Origin: a phage
Sequence record: PZ445432.1
Direction: 5' to 3' (one strand)
Length of the DNA stretch: 64,000 nucleotides
Of this stretch, positions 49,914-58,603 are shown piece by piece (the stretch's first letter is position 1; each line of letters begins with the position of its first letter). The translations under genes and the position numbers were made by a program. The notes under the pieces are model-generated. The model did not search any database and had not been told where the DNA came from. It was given only the letters and a program-made list of their open reading frames with translations.

Positions 49914-50420
49914 TTACACCTTAAGTTGTTGTAGGGCTTTACACATTTCAAGATCTGGACTAAATTCTAGCATATAGCTAACAGCCATTAAATCTTGAAG
50001 GTTTATTCCAGTTCTACCGTTGACTATAACCGTTGGATACTGGTACATCATAGCACCAGCGTCATCCAGCACACACCAATGTTTGAGCTTATGCTTTTCA
50101 ACGAAGCGAAGAACAGAATTACCCCTAGATAGCCCACCACCAGTAAAATCCGTTGTACCAAGAAAACGATCAATAAGATCTAATCTGGTCATAATCTGAA
50201 CGTTCTCCATCTCATTCCTGACAGAGAACCATGAAGATACCCCAACAATCATTATTGGAGAAGGACGAATAAAGTCCTGAAAAGCCTTGAGAAGCGGCTT
50301 AAAAACCCAGTCACTTCCAAAGAAAATCTTTTCATCATCAGGTGCATGATGGTGGGAGATGCTCGAATTAAGCACCCCATCGATGTCTAGAAAAATAATT
50401 GGAGTATTACTTATTTCCAT
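49914..50420 (-). CDS. HAD-superfamily phosphatase-like protein
   Basis: FLDIDGVLN matches HAD motif I (DxDGV); downstream Ser, Lys and VLDDA fit motifs II-IV. Confidence 0.6.
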   Translation of the reverse strand: MEISNTPIIFLDIDGVLNSSISHHHAPDDEKIFFGSDWVFKPLLKAFQDFIRPSPIMIVGVSSWFSVRNEMENVQIMTRLDLIDRFLGTTDFTGGGLSRGNSVLRFVEKHKLKHWCVLDDAGAMMYQYPTVIVNGRTGINLQDLMAVSYMLEFSPDLEMCKALQQLKV

Positions 50421-50589
50421 TTCTGTTCCTTTCTAAGAACGTATCATACTCAACCGTATCAACATATATGACACCATAGTCATCGGATTTATAGTCCATT
50501 TCCCATAGCTCACATCGATAGCACCAACTACCATCCGCCCATACAAATATATCATCGGGATGTGTATACACAGATTTAACTATGGACAT
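50407..50589 (-). CDS. hypothetical small protein
   Basis: 60-aa ORF. Confidence 0.35.
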   Translation of the reverse strand: MSIVKSVYTHPDDIFVWADGSWCYRCELWEMDYKSDDYGVIYVDTVEYDTFLERNRNGNK

Positions 50590-51404
50590 ATTTGTTTTCC
50601 CGGCATATAAGGTCTACCCTCTAGATGAGCTTCTACACGAGCAATAAAACCAGGATCACTGAAAGCATCTACTGCACCTTTACTCCAGTAAGGAATACCA
50701 CGATCTTCCAGTTGGTACATATCACTACGAGTCATACCTTGATAGCCTGGTTTCGACGCTAGGGCACTATCATAGTAGTTAACTACCATAAGTTTCGCAG
50801 CAGTCCGATTAAGAACAGGGAATAGTTCCCAGTAGAAGTTAATTACTTGGTTAGAGCAACCAACTACAACGATCATATCTTGACTGGTAATACCATCAAA
50901 AATATTGTACATTTCTGCGTACGCTGGAGCATGCTCACCAAAAAAGATTACATTAGGTTTAACCCATTTATAATCATCTGGGTCAATAGAGTTATACCCA
51001 ACATCAATAACCCGTTTATTACTACTATTGTAGCTATCAGCTACAACAACCTCTTTTAAATATCCGTGAATGTGCAGAATATCACTATGTGGAACGCCAG
51101 CACGCTCAATAAGGTCATCAACGTTGGTAGTCAAGTTTACTACTTGACCCGGATATTTCTTATACCATTCACCAATACGCAAGTGTGCAAGATTAGGTTC
51201 AACAGTTTCTAACTCTTCACGCCGCTTGTTGTAAAACATATGGGTTTTATGATAAAAGTTACCACGAAAGGCGTGAATATTACATACTTCTTCTAGATCA
51301 TAATCATCCCACAGTGCTTTACCACTAGCAGTATCGGTACGAAAAGCTCGTACACCACTTTCAACGCTCAAACCTGCACCGCTAATAATAATTAATCTAC
51401 GCAC
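50580..51404 (-). CDS. Sir2-family (sirtuin-like) protein lacking the zinc-ribbon cysteines
   Basis: ISGAGLSVESGVRAFR (GAGISxxSGIPxFR), TTNVDDLIERAG (TQNIDxLHxxAG) and ILHIHG (catalytic His) motifs; no CxxC pairs. Confidence 0.7.
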   Translation of the reverse strand: MRRLIIISGAGLSVESGVRAFRTDTASGKALWDDYDLEEVCNIHAFRGNFYHKTHMFYNKRREELETVEPNLAHLRIGEWYKKYPGQVVNLTTNVDDLIERAGVPHSDILHIHGYLKEVVVADSYNSSNKRVIDVGYNSIDPDDYKWVKPNVIFFGEHAPAYAEMYNIFDGITSQDMIVVVGCSNQVINFYWELFPVLNRTAAKLMVVNYYDSALASKPGYQGMTRSDMYQLEDRGIPYWSKGAVDAFSDPGFIARVEAHLEGRPYMPGKQICP

Positions 51405-51598
51405 TATACGATTCCTCGCTTAAATCCTTCGATAATATTTCGGAGTAAAATTGCTTCCTCCGGGCGTACCTTCTCTTGCTTAATAAGCATATCCAATCCA
51501 GCAATACAACTAGTTACACCAGCATTATAACCAGAGTTCCATTGCTCAATGAGCATGTTTTCTAGATTACTTTTTAGATTCTGATTCAAGAAGTCCAT
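51404..51598 (-). CDS. hypothetical small protein
   Basis: 64-aa ORF. Confidence 0.35.
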   Translation of the reverse strand: MDFLNQNLKSNLENMLIEQWNSGYNAGVTSCIAGLDMLIKQEKVRPEEAILLRNIIEGFKRGIV

Positions 51599-51791
51599 AA
51601 AGTTTCTCCTCTAGTCCCATAATACGATTTTCATAAGAAGCACGCAACTTTTCAATTGCCAGCGCACGCACTGTAACCTCATTAGAATTAATAGCTAACT
51701 GGGCCAGATCTTCTGTTTCCATACGTCCGTTGTAAATTAAGCGATATTTAAGGTGTTTCACATTCTTGGTCATTATTAAACTCCACTGCAA
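51567..51791 (-). CDS. hypothetical small protein
   Basis: 74-aa ORF; the real start may be the internal Met (MTKNVKHL). Confidence 0.35.
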   Translation of the reverse strand: MQWSLIMTKNVKHLKYRLIYNGRMETEDLAQLAINSNEVTVRALAIEKLRASYENRIMGLEEKLYGLLESESKK

Positions 51792-52146
51792 CTGTTTCTA
51801 GGTCTTCGTCAAAAAAACTAGAGTATGTATCTTTAAGATACTGTTTAATACTCCAAGTAATATCTTCGTATCCATCTGGACTACGTTGGTATACTTTTAA
51901 CACTCTATTATACACAAATTCAAGATTACATTTTACTTCATCTCTGTCTTCATCAAACAAGCAATATGGGTTATATGGCGATACATCTAGATTTGTTTCC
52001 ACCCAATCACCAATAACGGTGGGGTATCCAGCACCATCTATATGAGAGTAATCACCTGTGGCAGCAAAGACAGCCTCAGCAATATCATCCACGCCCAGAT
52101 GGAAATCACCACATGTAGATTCAACTATATAGGGCTTTAATTCCAT
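51748..52146 (-). CDS. hypothetical acidic protein
   Basis: 132 aa; GAGGAG RBS within a promoter-leader cassette. Confidence 0.5.
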   Translation of the reverse strand: MELKPYIVESTCGDFHLGVDDIAEAVFAATGDYSHIDGAGYPTVIGDWVETNLDVSPYNPYCLFDEDRDEVKCNLEFVYNRVLKVYQRSPDGYEDITWSIKQYLKDTYSSFFDEDLETVAVEFNNDQECETP

Positions 52147-52174
52147 ATCTTTCTCCTCTCAAATTTATAAATCT

Positions 52175-52203
52175 ATTATACATAAATTTTTAGCTGAAAG
52201 CAA
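52175..52203 (-). promoter_or_regulatory. early promoter TTGCTT-17-TATAAT
   Basis: hexamers read on the minus strand; leader AGATTTATAAATTTGAGAGGAG. Confidence 0.6.
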
Positions 52204-52207
52204 ATAA

Positions 52208-52246
52208 AATAAAAGCCAGGTCGACTAGCAACCCGGCTGATTAGCT
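52208..52246 (-). terminator. putative rho-independent terminator downstream of nrdD
   Basis: minus-strand hairpin gccggg-loop-cctggc followed by TTTTATTTTATTT. Confidence 0.45.
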
Positions 52247-54072
52247 TACTTAAGATTTAAGTGTTTTACTCTACCAAGAACTTCTTTTTGTTTCCCAGAA
52301 TTGAAAGGCCTACTGCTAGGGGATCCCAAGTACCCGCAAACCCTACGTGTAACCTCTATTTCTTCAGACCCACAACTCGGACATACAAACCCACGTTCAG
52401 AGGCAACAGATTCACCCATATACCCACAGTTGAAGCACTCATCAATTGGTATATTAACACCAATATAATGGCTACATTCTAGCCCCTTATCCACCACATA
52501 CTCAAGAGCTTTGTGGAACTTTTTCATTTGAGGTAGTTCCACAAATGATATATTACCACCATTAGCTATTTTGGTAAAATGAGCCTCGTACTCAAATTTA
52601 GTATCTGGGGCTACCTTCTCTCTTACGTCCAAATGGTGACTATTAGTGAGATAGCCTTTATCTGTTAGCCAAGAATACTCTGGGAATCTACGTTCTAGTA
52701 ATTTATTAAAACGATTACATAGAGACTCACTAGGAGTAGCGTATAAGCTAAATCCAAGATTAGTCTCATTAGCTTTAACTTCGCAACGATTTTTTAGGTG
52801 AGTAAGAACTTCTTCTGTAAATTCAATACAATCCCTATGGGTTTGTGGTAGACCAAACATTATTTGGCACATCTCATAGACCCCAATGTATCCAAGAGAT
52901 ACAGAAGATCTACCCTCAAAAATAGGCCATACATACTCTTCCCCATCTAAACGCACACCAAAACCACCGTGCATATAAAGAATAGGGGCTTGTTTAGCCT
53001 TAACTTTCTTCAGTCTGTTTAAGAAGAAGTCATGCGCTTCAAAAGCCTCATCCACATATTTGTCTAGAATATCCCAGAAATCTTCAAAAACCCCATCTGC
53101 CTCAGCAGCAACCATAGGTAGATTAATAGACACTACACCTAAATTATTGCGCCCTGCAATTTCTCCGGAGGGGATAGCAGATAAAAAGCTACGACAACCC
53201 ATAGGTGCTTTAAAATCACCAGTAACAGCTACAACTTTCTCATAGCTTAAATAGTCCGGGTACATACGGGTAGCAGAACACTCAAGTGCTAGCTGTTTTA
53301 TATCGTAGTTAGGATCGCCTGGATTTTTATTTAACCCTTCTTTAACTGAGAATACTAGTTTAGGGAAGATAGGGGTTGACTCAGCAGCACCTAAACCTTT
53401 AATACGGTTTTGGAGGATGGCTTTCTGAATCATCCTTTCCTCCCACTCCTGTCCTAGCCCAAAGCCAAGCGTAACAAAAGGAGTCTGTCCATTAGAGTTA
53501 AATAATGAATTAGTTTCATACTCTAGGGCTTGGAATGCGTCATAACACTCTTTTTCAGTGAGTTCAGTAGCATATACAGCAGCTTTCCTTTCATCCTTGA
53601 GCCAACGTAGACCACGACCCAGGTGCTTATCATAAGACTTTCTGACATAAGGGGCTAAAACCTCATCGATACGATCAATAGAAGTGCCACCATACTGAGC
53701 ACCAGATACTTGGGCAATAATCTGAGCAGTGATTGCACATGCAGTAGTTATGGATTTAGGAGTTTCAATATTTGCATTACCAATTTTAGTACCATTCTTC
53801 AGCATGCCACCAAGGTCTACTAAACAACAGTTAGTGTATCCCTGTGCCCTGTAATCCATATCATGGATGTGTATTTTACCTAGATTATGGGAGTCTAATA
53901 GATGTTTAGGTAATTCTTGTGCTACTAAATACTTGTTGATTTCTCCAGCTAATAAGTCTCTTTGGGTATGGAACATCTCACTAGGCTTATTAGCATTATT
54001 ATGTTGTAAGTCCTTATCAGCAGTTAGAGTGAGCAGGCCTTTGCAATTCTCAATTAATTCATTCTCTGTCAT
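52246..54072 (-). CDS. nrdD: anaerobic ribonucleoside-triphosphate reductase (class III, glycyl-radical)
   Basis: 608 aa; C-terminal CPSCGS...RRVCGYLG glycyl-radical motif; GAGGA RBS. Confidence 0.85.
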   Translation of the reverse strand: MTENELIENCKGLLTLTADKDLQHNNANKPSEMFHTQRDLLAGEINKYLVAQELPKHLLDSHNLGKIHIHDMDYRAQGYTNCCLVDLGGMLKNGTKIGNANIETPKSITTACAITAQIIAQVSGAQYGGTSIDRIDEVLAPYVRKSYDKHLGRGLRWLKDERKAAVYATELTEKECYDAFQALEYETNSLFNSNGQTPFVTLGFGLGQEWEERMIQKAILQNRIKGLGAAESTPIFPKLVFSVKEGLNKNPGDPNYDIKQLALECSATRMYPDYLSYEKVVAVTGDFKAPMGCRSFLSAIPSGEIAGRNNLGVVSINLPMVAAEADGVFEDFWDILDKYVDEAFEAHDFFLNRLKKVKAKQAPILYMHGGFGVRLDGEEYVWPIFEGRSSVSLGYIGVYEMCQIMFGLPQTHRDCIEFTEEVLTHLKNRCEVKANETNLGFSLYATPSESLCNRFNKLLERRFPEYSWLTDKGYLTNSHHLDVREKVAPDTKFEYEAHFTKIANGGNISFVELPQMKKFHKALEYVVDKGLECSHYIGVNIPIDECFNCGYMGESVASERGFVCPSCGSEEIEVTRRVCGYLGSPSSRPFNSGKQKEVLGRVKHLNLK

Positions 54073-54262
54073 TGATTATTTCCTCAATAAACTTTATAGC
54101 TACTTTTGGTTCAATATTGAAGAATTCCGTAGCGCCGTCAAAATCTTTGTACTGGCAATTCTGCTCTTTAAAGTAGTTATGGGCTAATTTTTCTATTCGA
54201 ACTGCACTACTATATTCTCCAATTTCAAATACTTTAATTTTTTCGGCATTACTCTTCTCCAC
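54059..54262 (-). CDS. questionable small ORF (GTG start, no RBS)
   Basis: 67 aa; GTG start lies only ~9 nt from the predicted transcription start. Confidence 0.25.
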   Translation of the reverse strand: MEKSNAEKIKVFEIGEYSSAVRIEKLAHNYFKEQNCQYKDFDGATEFFNIEPKVAIKFIEEIINDRE

Positions 54263-54277
54263 AGAATTTTCACACCT

Positions 54278-54306
54278 ATTATACTAAACATTATCCACTA
54301 TGTCAA
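54278..54306 (-). promoter_or_regulatory. consensus sigma70 promoter TTGACA-17-TATAAT driving the nrdD operon
   Basis: perfect consensus hexamers with 17-nt spacer read on the minus strand. Confidence 0.7.
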
Positions 54307-54443
54307 TTAAAATTTTCTTTCGCCACCTAATACTGTAATATTCCGCGTATAAATAAATGATTATCTAATACCATACATTTCCCGTTAAAAGCAAGCAAAT
54401 TTTTTATTTAAATGCAATATCATAGGCTTATTTAAAATTGTAG

Positions 54444-54472
54444 TTGCTTTTTACTGCATATACTGGTATAAT
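54444..54472 (+). promoter_or_regulatory. early promoter TTGCTT-17-TATAAT driving phoH
   Basis: hexamers read on the plus strand; divergent from the nrdD promoter. Confidence 0.65.
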
Positions 54473-54548
54473 ATATTTGTAAGTTGATAAACAAGATCTC
54501 TTTGTTGATCCTCTGTTAGAAGCGAAGTACACTATAGGAGTGTTATGT

Positions 54549-55301
54549 ATGGGAAAAGCACGTCAAAAAAGAGAGAACCGCAATGGTTCAAGAAAGCGTG
54601 GCAACAAATATGAGAATAACGTAATTCAGGCTGATTTTTCTAATGATTACGCTAACCCAGTTGCTAAATCCCTAGTAGGTAAAAACCGAGAGCAAAAATC
54701 ATATATCAATATGATCAAGAACAACACAGTGACTGTGGGTATCGGTGAGCCAGGTACAGGTAAAACCTTTATCCCGTCTGTTCTTGCAGCTCAGGAACTC
54801 GTAGACATTCACTCAGATATTGAGCAAGTGATCCTCGTACGTCCTAATGAACCTCTAGGTAAGTCTCTTGGTATGCTTCCTGGTGATCTAGCAGAAAAGC
54901 TAGAGCCTTGGTTGGAGCCAATAGCTGATGGTATGAAATGGGCCATCGGTGATCATGCCTATAGGGGATACGTCGAACGTCAGAAAATTAAATTTTTGGC
55001 TATCGAACATGCTCGTGGCAGAACTTTCAACAACTCCTATGTAATTGTCGATGAAGCTCAGAATATTTCCGTTGAGGCAATGATTTGTCTCCTAACTCGT
55101 GTAGGACAAGACTGCCGTTTAATTATCTGCGGAGATATAGCTCAGAAAGACATTAAAGGTGACTCAGGTCTAGCACTCCTTATGGAAGTCTATGAGAAAT
55201 ACGAAAATGCCCCCTTCTCAATGATCGAATTGATTGATAACGTTCGTTCTGCTGAGTCTAAAGCATTCTACGATATTTTTAAAGACATGGGGAAGGTGTA
55301 A
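54549..55301 (+). CDS. phoH: PhoH-like ATPase
   Basis: Walker A GEPGTGKT, Walker B VIVDEAQN; AGGAG 8 nt upstream of the ATG. Confidence 0.85.
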   Translation: MGKARQKRENRNGSRKRGNKYENNVIQADFSNDYANPVAKSLVGKNREQKSYINMIKNNTVTVGIGEPGTGKTFIPSVLAAQELVDIHSDIEQVILVRPNEPLGKSLGMLPGDLAEKLEPWLEPIADGMKWAIGDHAYRGYVERQKIKFLAIEHARGRTFNNSYVIVDEAQNISVEAMICLLTRVGQDCRLIICGDIAQKDIKGDSGLALLMEVYEKYENAPFSMIELIDNVRSAESKAFYDIFKDMGKV

Positions 55302-55302
55302 T

Positions 55303-55500
55303 ATGGGAGACGTTGTACATCTACACCGAAAAACTAAAATACATCGTACTTCACTGAGTGCTGCTAATATGATTACACGTAAGGAAGGGGAAGAAAGTCC
55401 TAAGACTACCCTAGCGTGGAAAATTGTAACCTCAAATCCAAATCGGCCCTTCAATTATAACGAACTAAGTACCTCAATAGATATTCTGCTGAGAACTTAA
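55303..55500 (+). CDS. hypothetical small protein
   Basis: 65-aa ORF with GGAAGG RBS. Confidence 0.4.
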   Translation: MGDVVHLHRKTKIHRTSLSAANMITRKEGEESPKTTLAWKIVTSNPNRPFNYNELSTSIDILLRT

Positions 55501-55644
55501 GTGGCCAAAAACTAGACTGACAACACAGAAGGCCTGGGTATGAAAGTACTCGGGCCTTTTCTATCAGAAAATTTTATTTGCCAAATGACTGAGAATAAAG
55601 TAAACTATTTCCTAAATCCTGATAACTATAAAAAGGAAAGCCAA

Positions 55645-57978
55645 ATGAGCCATCGCATTGAAAAGGTAATTAAACGTGACGGTACTGTAGAAGACTTTGC
55701 TCCTGAAAAACTCAATGGTTGGGCAGAGTATGGTTGCAAAACAGTTGATGTAAGTTGGTCTGCCATTACTATGGCTGCTCAAAAAACTCTGCCTAAAGGG
55801 GTTGTAGATTCCGACACTCTGATGGATGCGTTAATTAAAGCTGCTGAAAGTCTTATCAAAGATAATCCAGCATACGACGTGCCAGCAAAGGAATTACGTC
55901 TTGCGCAGATGCGTAAACGCCTTTATGATTCCTTTGAACCACCTTCTCTACGCTTCTTCCACGATCATATGGTTAGTGTAGGTGCATGGGAAGACATGAG
56001 TGCATGGATTACCGATGAGCAATTTGAAGCTCTGAATCAGGTTATCGACCATGATCGTGACCGTCTTTTCACTAGTGGAGGACTGAAACAATTCTTTGAT
56101 AAGTATTCCCGTCGTAACATAGCCACCGGTGAAATTTATGAAACCCCGCAGTTTGCCTACATGGGTATGGCAATGGCGATGCTATCTCAACCTAACTGGA
56201 CAATTCTCGATGCAATCGACCTATACAACGCAATGTCACTCCACAAAATCAACGTTCCTACGCCGCCACTGGTTGGTCTGCGCTCTAGTGATCGTGGATT
56301 TGCTAGTTGTTGCCTCGTTGATTCCACTGACACATTGGATTCAATCGACACAGCCGAGCACATCGTTTTTAAAATGGTCGCAGCCAGAGCGGGAATCGGG
56401 TATCATCTTGAAAGCAGATCAATTGCTGATCCGGTGCGAAATGGGGCATTCCCGCATTCCGGAAAACTGCCATATTATCGACACATTGACCGCTCAGTAA
56501 AGGCCAACACTCAGCAAACTCGTGGTGGTTCTGCTACAGTGTCTTATCCATACTTTGATCCTGAAATCATTCAGTTGATGCAGGTTAAGCAACAACGTGC
56601 TACAGACGAGAATAAAATCGATAAGATGGATTATTCTCTGAGCTTCAACAATCTTTTGTTAAAACGTTATCTTAAAAATGAAGATATTACGCTAATGTCA
56701 TACTTCTATGCTCCGGAAGTTCATGAAGCGTTTTATAGTGATGACGAGGCTAAATTTGAAGAAATCTATGTGGCAGCGGAGAAACGTGTGGCATCTCTTA
56801 CAAAGATCGACCACGAAGGAAAAACAGTTCCAGCAGCTCCTAAAGTCTCTGCAAAAGAAATCCTAGATACTTGGCTGCGTATCCGAATGGAAACAGGACG
56901 TATGTATGCCCACCACATTGGGGAATCTAATCGTCACGGTAACTTCCTTGATCCGATCCGTATGACAAACCTTTGTGTTGAAATTACTCAGCCTACACGC
57001 CCGTTCCATCATATCACGGAACTGTATAAAACGAAAGAGCAGCTTGACCAAATGAAGCCGGAGGATATTGGGGAAGTATCTCTATGTAACTTAGGTGGTG
57101 TTGTACTAGGACGCATGGAATCTCTAGCTGAGTGGGAAAAAACTTGCTACATCCTCCTGAAATTCGTTGATACAATTATTGAAATTCAGGATTATCCGTT
57201 CCCAACTATGGAATATACGGCTAAGAAACGTCGTAATGTTGGTATTGGCCTGATGAACGCAGCAGGTGCAATGGCAGCAGAAGGTCTGGCTTATGAAGGT
57301 ATTGAAGCCCGTAACTGGATTCACCGTGAGGCTGAAAAACTGTCTTACTTCCTGCATAAAGCCTCTGTACGCCTAGCTAAAGAACAGGGTGCATGTGAGT
57401 GGTTTGATCGTACTAAACCATCTAAAGGAATTCTGGTAATCGACACATACAAGAAAACTGTTGATGAGCTGGTATCCGTAGGTCTAGAAATGGATTGGGA
57501 ATCTCTGCGTGCAGATATTCTGAAATACGGTATGCGTAACTCTGTTCTGACTGCGCAGATGCCTGGAGAAAGTTCCTCTGTACTATTGGGTGTTACCAAC
57601 TCAATTGAGCCACCTCGTAGGATTGTATCTATCAAGGGTAGTGCAGTGAATAAAGTAATTGCAATTGCTCCGGGTGCAACTGATTGGGATACTCTCATGA
57701 GCTATAAACTGGCCTATGATATTGATCGCACTGAGTGGATCAAATGGAACGCCGTTTACCAAAAATTCTTGAGCCAGTCATCAAGTTTCCAGATGTATTA
57801 TGATTACTCTAAATTCGAGAATGAAATCATTCCTGGCCCAGTAGTAGTTCGTGACTTTATGACTGCGGTTAAGTATGGTATAAAGACCTGGTATTATGCT
57901 AACTTTAACACTGCGAATGGTGGAGGAGCTGGTGAAGAGGCGGCAACAGGTTGTGCATCAGGCGGTTGTCAGTTATAA
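55645..57978 (+). CDS. nrdA: ribonucleoside-diphosphate reductase alpha subunit (class Ia)
   Basis: N-terminal ATP-cone (VIKRDGTVEDF); active-site NLCVEI motif; C-terminal Cys pair; start at ATG 55645 with AGGA RBS. Confidence 0.9.
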   Translation: MSHRIEKVIKRDGTVEDFAPEKLNGWAEYGCKTVDVSWSAITMAAQKTLPKGVVDSDTLMDALIKAAESLIKDNPAYDVPAKELRLAQMRKRLYDSFEPPSLRFFHDHMVSVGAWEDMSAWITDEQFEALNQVIDHDRDRLFTSGGLKQFFDKYSRRNIATGEIYETPQFAYMGMAMAMLSQPNWTILDAIDLYNAMSLHKINVPTPPLVGLRSSDRGFASCCLVDSTDTLDSIDTAEHIVFKMVAARAGIGYHLESRSIADPVRNGAFPHSGKLPYYRHIDRSVKANTQQTRGGSATVSYPYFDPEIIQLMQVKQQRATDENKIDKMDYSLSFNNLLLKRYLKNEDITLMSYFYAPEVHEAFYSDDEAKFEEIYVAAEKRVASLTKIDHEGKTVPAAPKVSAKEILDTWLRIRMETGRMYAHHIGESNRHGNFLDPIRMTNLCVEITQPTRPFHHITELYKTKEQLDQMKPEDIGEVSLCNLGGVVLGRMESLAEWEKTCYILLKFVDTIIEIQDYPFPTMEYTAKKRRNVGIGLMNAAGAMAAEGLAYEGIEARNWIHREAEKLSYFLHKASVRLAKEQGACEWFDRTKPSKGILVIDTYKKTVDELVSVGLEMDWESLRADILKYGMRNSVLTAQMPGESSSVLLGVTNSIEPPRRIVSIKGSAVNKVIAIAPGATDWDTLMSYKLAYDIDRTEWIKWNAVYQKFLSQSSSFQMYYDYSKFENEIIPGPVVVRDFMTAVKYGIKTWYYANFNTANGGGAGEEAATGCASGGCQL

Positions 57979-57987
57979 TAAAAACAA

Positions 57988-58013
57988 GGAGATCTTCGGG
58001 TCTCCTTTTTCTT
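57988..58013 (+). terminator. rho-independent terminator after nrdA
   Basis: ggagatc-ttcg-ggtctcc followed by TTTTTCTTT. Confidence 0.6.
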
Positions 58014-58024
58014 TGAAATTTTAC

Positions 58025-58053
58025 TTGCTAATCGCTACCAGATTTGCTATAAT
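58025..58053 (+). promoter_or_regulatory. promoter TTGCTA-17-TATAAT dedicated to the nrdA-nrdB homing endonuclease
   Basis: hexamers read on the plus strand. Confidence 0.6.
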
Positions 58054-58079
58054 ATCTCCATTAGTTAAGGAGATTAGTT

Positions 58080-58595
58080 TTGATAACACAAGATGAATTA
58101 AAAAGGATTCTGGAGTATAATCCAGATGAAGGAACATTTACTTGGTTAAATAACCAGGAAGTACACAATAAAGTAAGGGGACTACCTGCTGGCTGTTTAA
58201 AACCCCACTCAGTAGATCCTAACCGAAAAGACTTAGTAATACAAATCAAGGGTAAGAAGTATCCCGCACAAAATATTGCTTTCCTGTACATGACAGGAAA
58301 CTTACCTAAAGTTATGGTTGACCATATAGATGGAGATTCACTAAACTATAAGTGGGCTAATCTAAGAGAAGCAGACTGGCAGTTAAATAGTCAAAATAGA
58401 AAAACTAGTAAAAACAATATATTGGGTACTAAGAATATTCGGAAGAAAGGGTCTGGATTTCAAGTTAGAAAATCCATTAACGGAAAAGAATATGTGAAAA
58501 CTCTCCCAACTCTAGAAGAGGCGATAGAGTATCGAGATTCTTTAATCCTCTCTATAACCAAAGATCCAACACTACTTAGAAACACAGATAAATAG
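58080..58595 (+). CDS. HNH-AP2 homing endonuclease between nrdA and nrdB (TTG start)
   Basis: VDHIDGDSLNYKWANLR plus C-terminal VKTLPTLEEAIEYRDSLI AP2-like segment; AAGGAG 8 nt upstream of TTG. Confidence 0.75.
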   Translation: MITQDELKRILEYNPDEGTFTWLNNQEVHNKVRGLPAGCLKPHSVDPNRKDLVIQIKGKKYPAQNIAFLYMTGNLPKVMVDHIDGDSLNYKWANLREADWQLNSQNRKTSKNNILGTKNIRKKGSGFQVRKSINGKEYVKTLPTLEEAIEYRDSLILSITKDPTLLRNTDK

Positions 58596-58603
58596 GAGAA
58601 CTA

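Noticed and set aside
57979-58603. Group I intron or intein interrupting the ribonucleotide reductase genes
   Set aside because: nrdA and nrdB are complete, separate genes each with its own start and stop. The intervening endonuclease gene is free-standing, with its own promoter and RBS, and is not embedded in a coding sequence.
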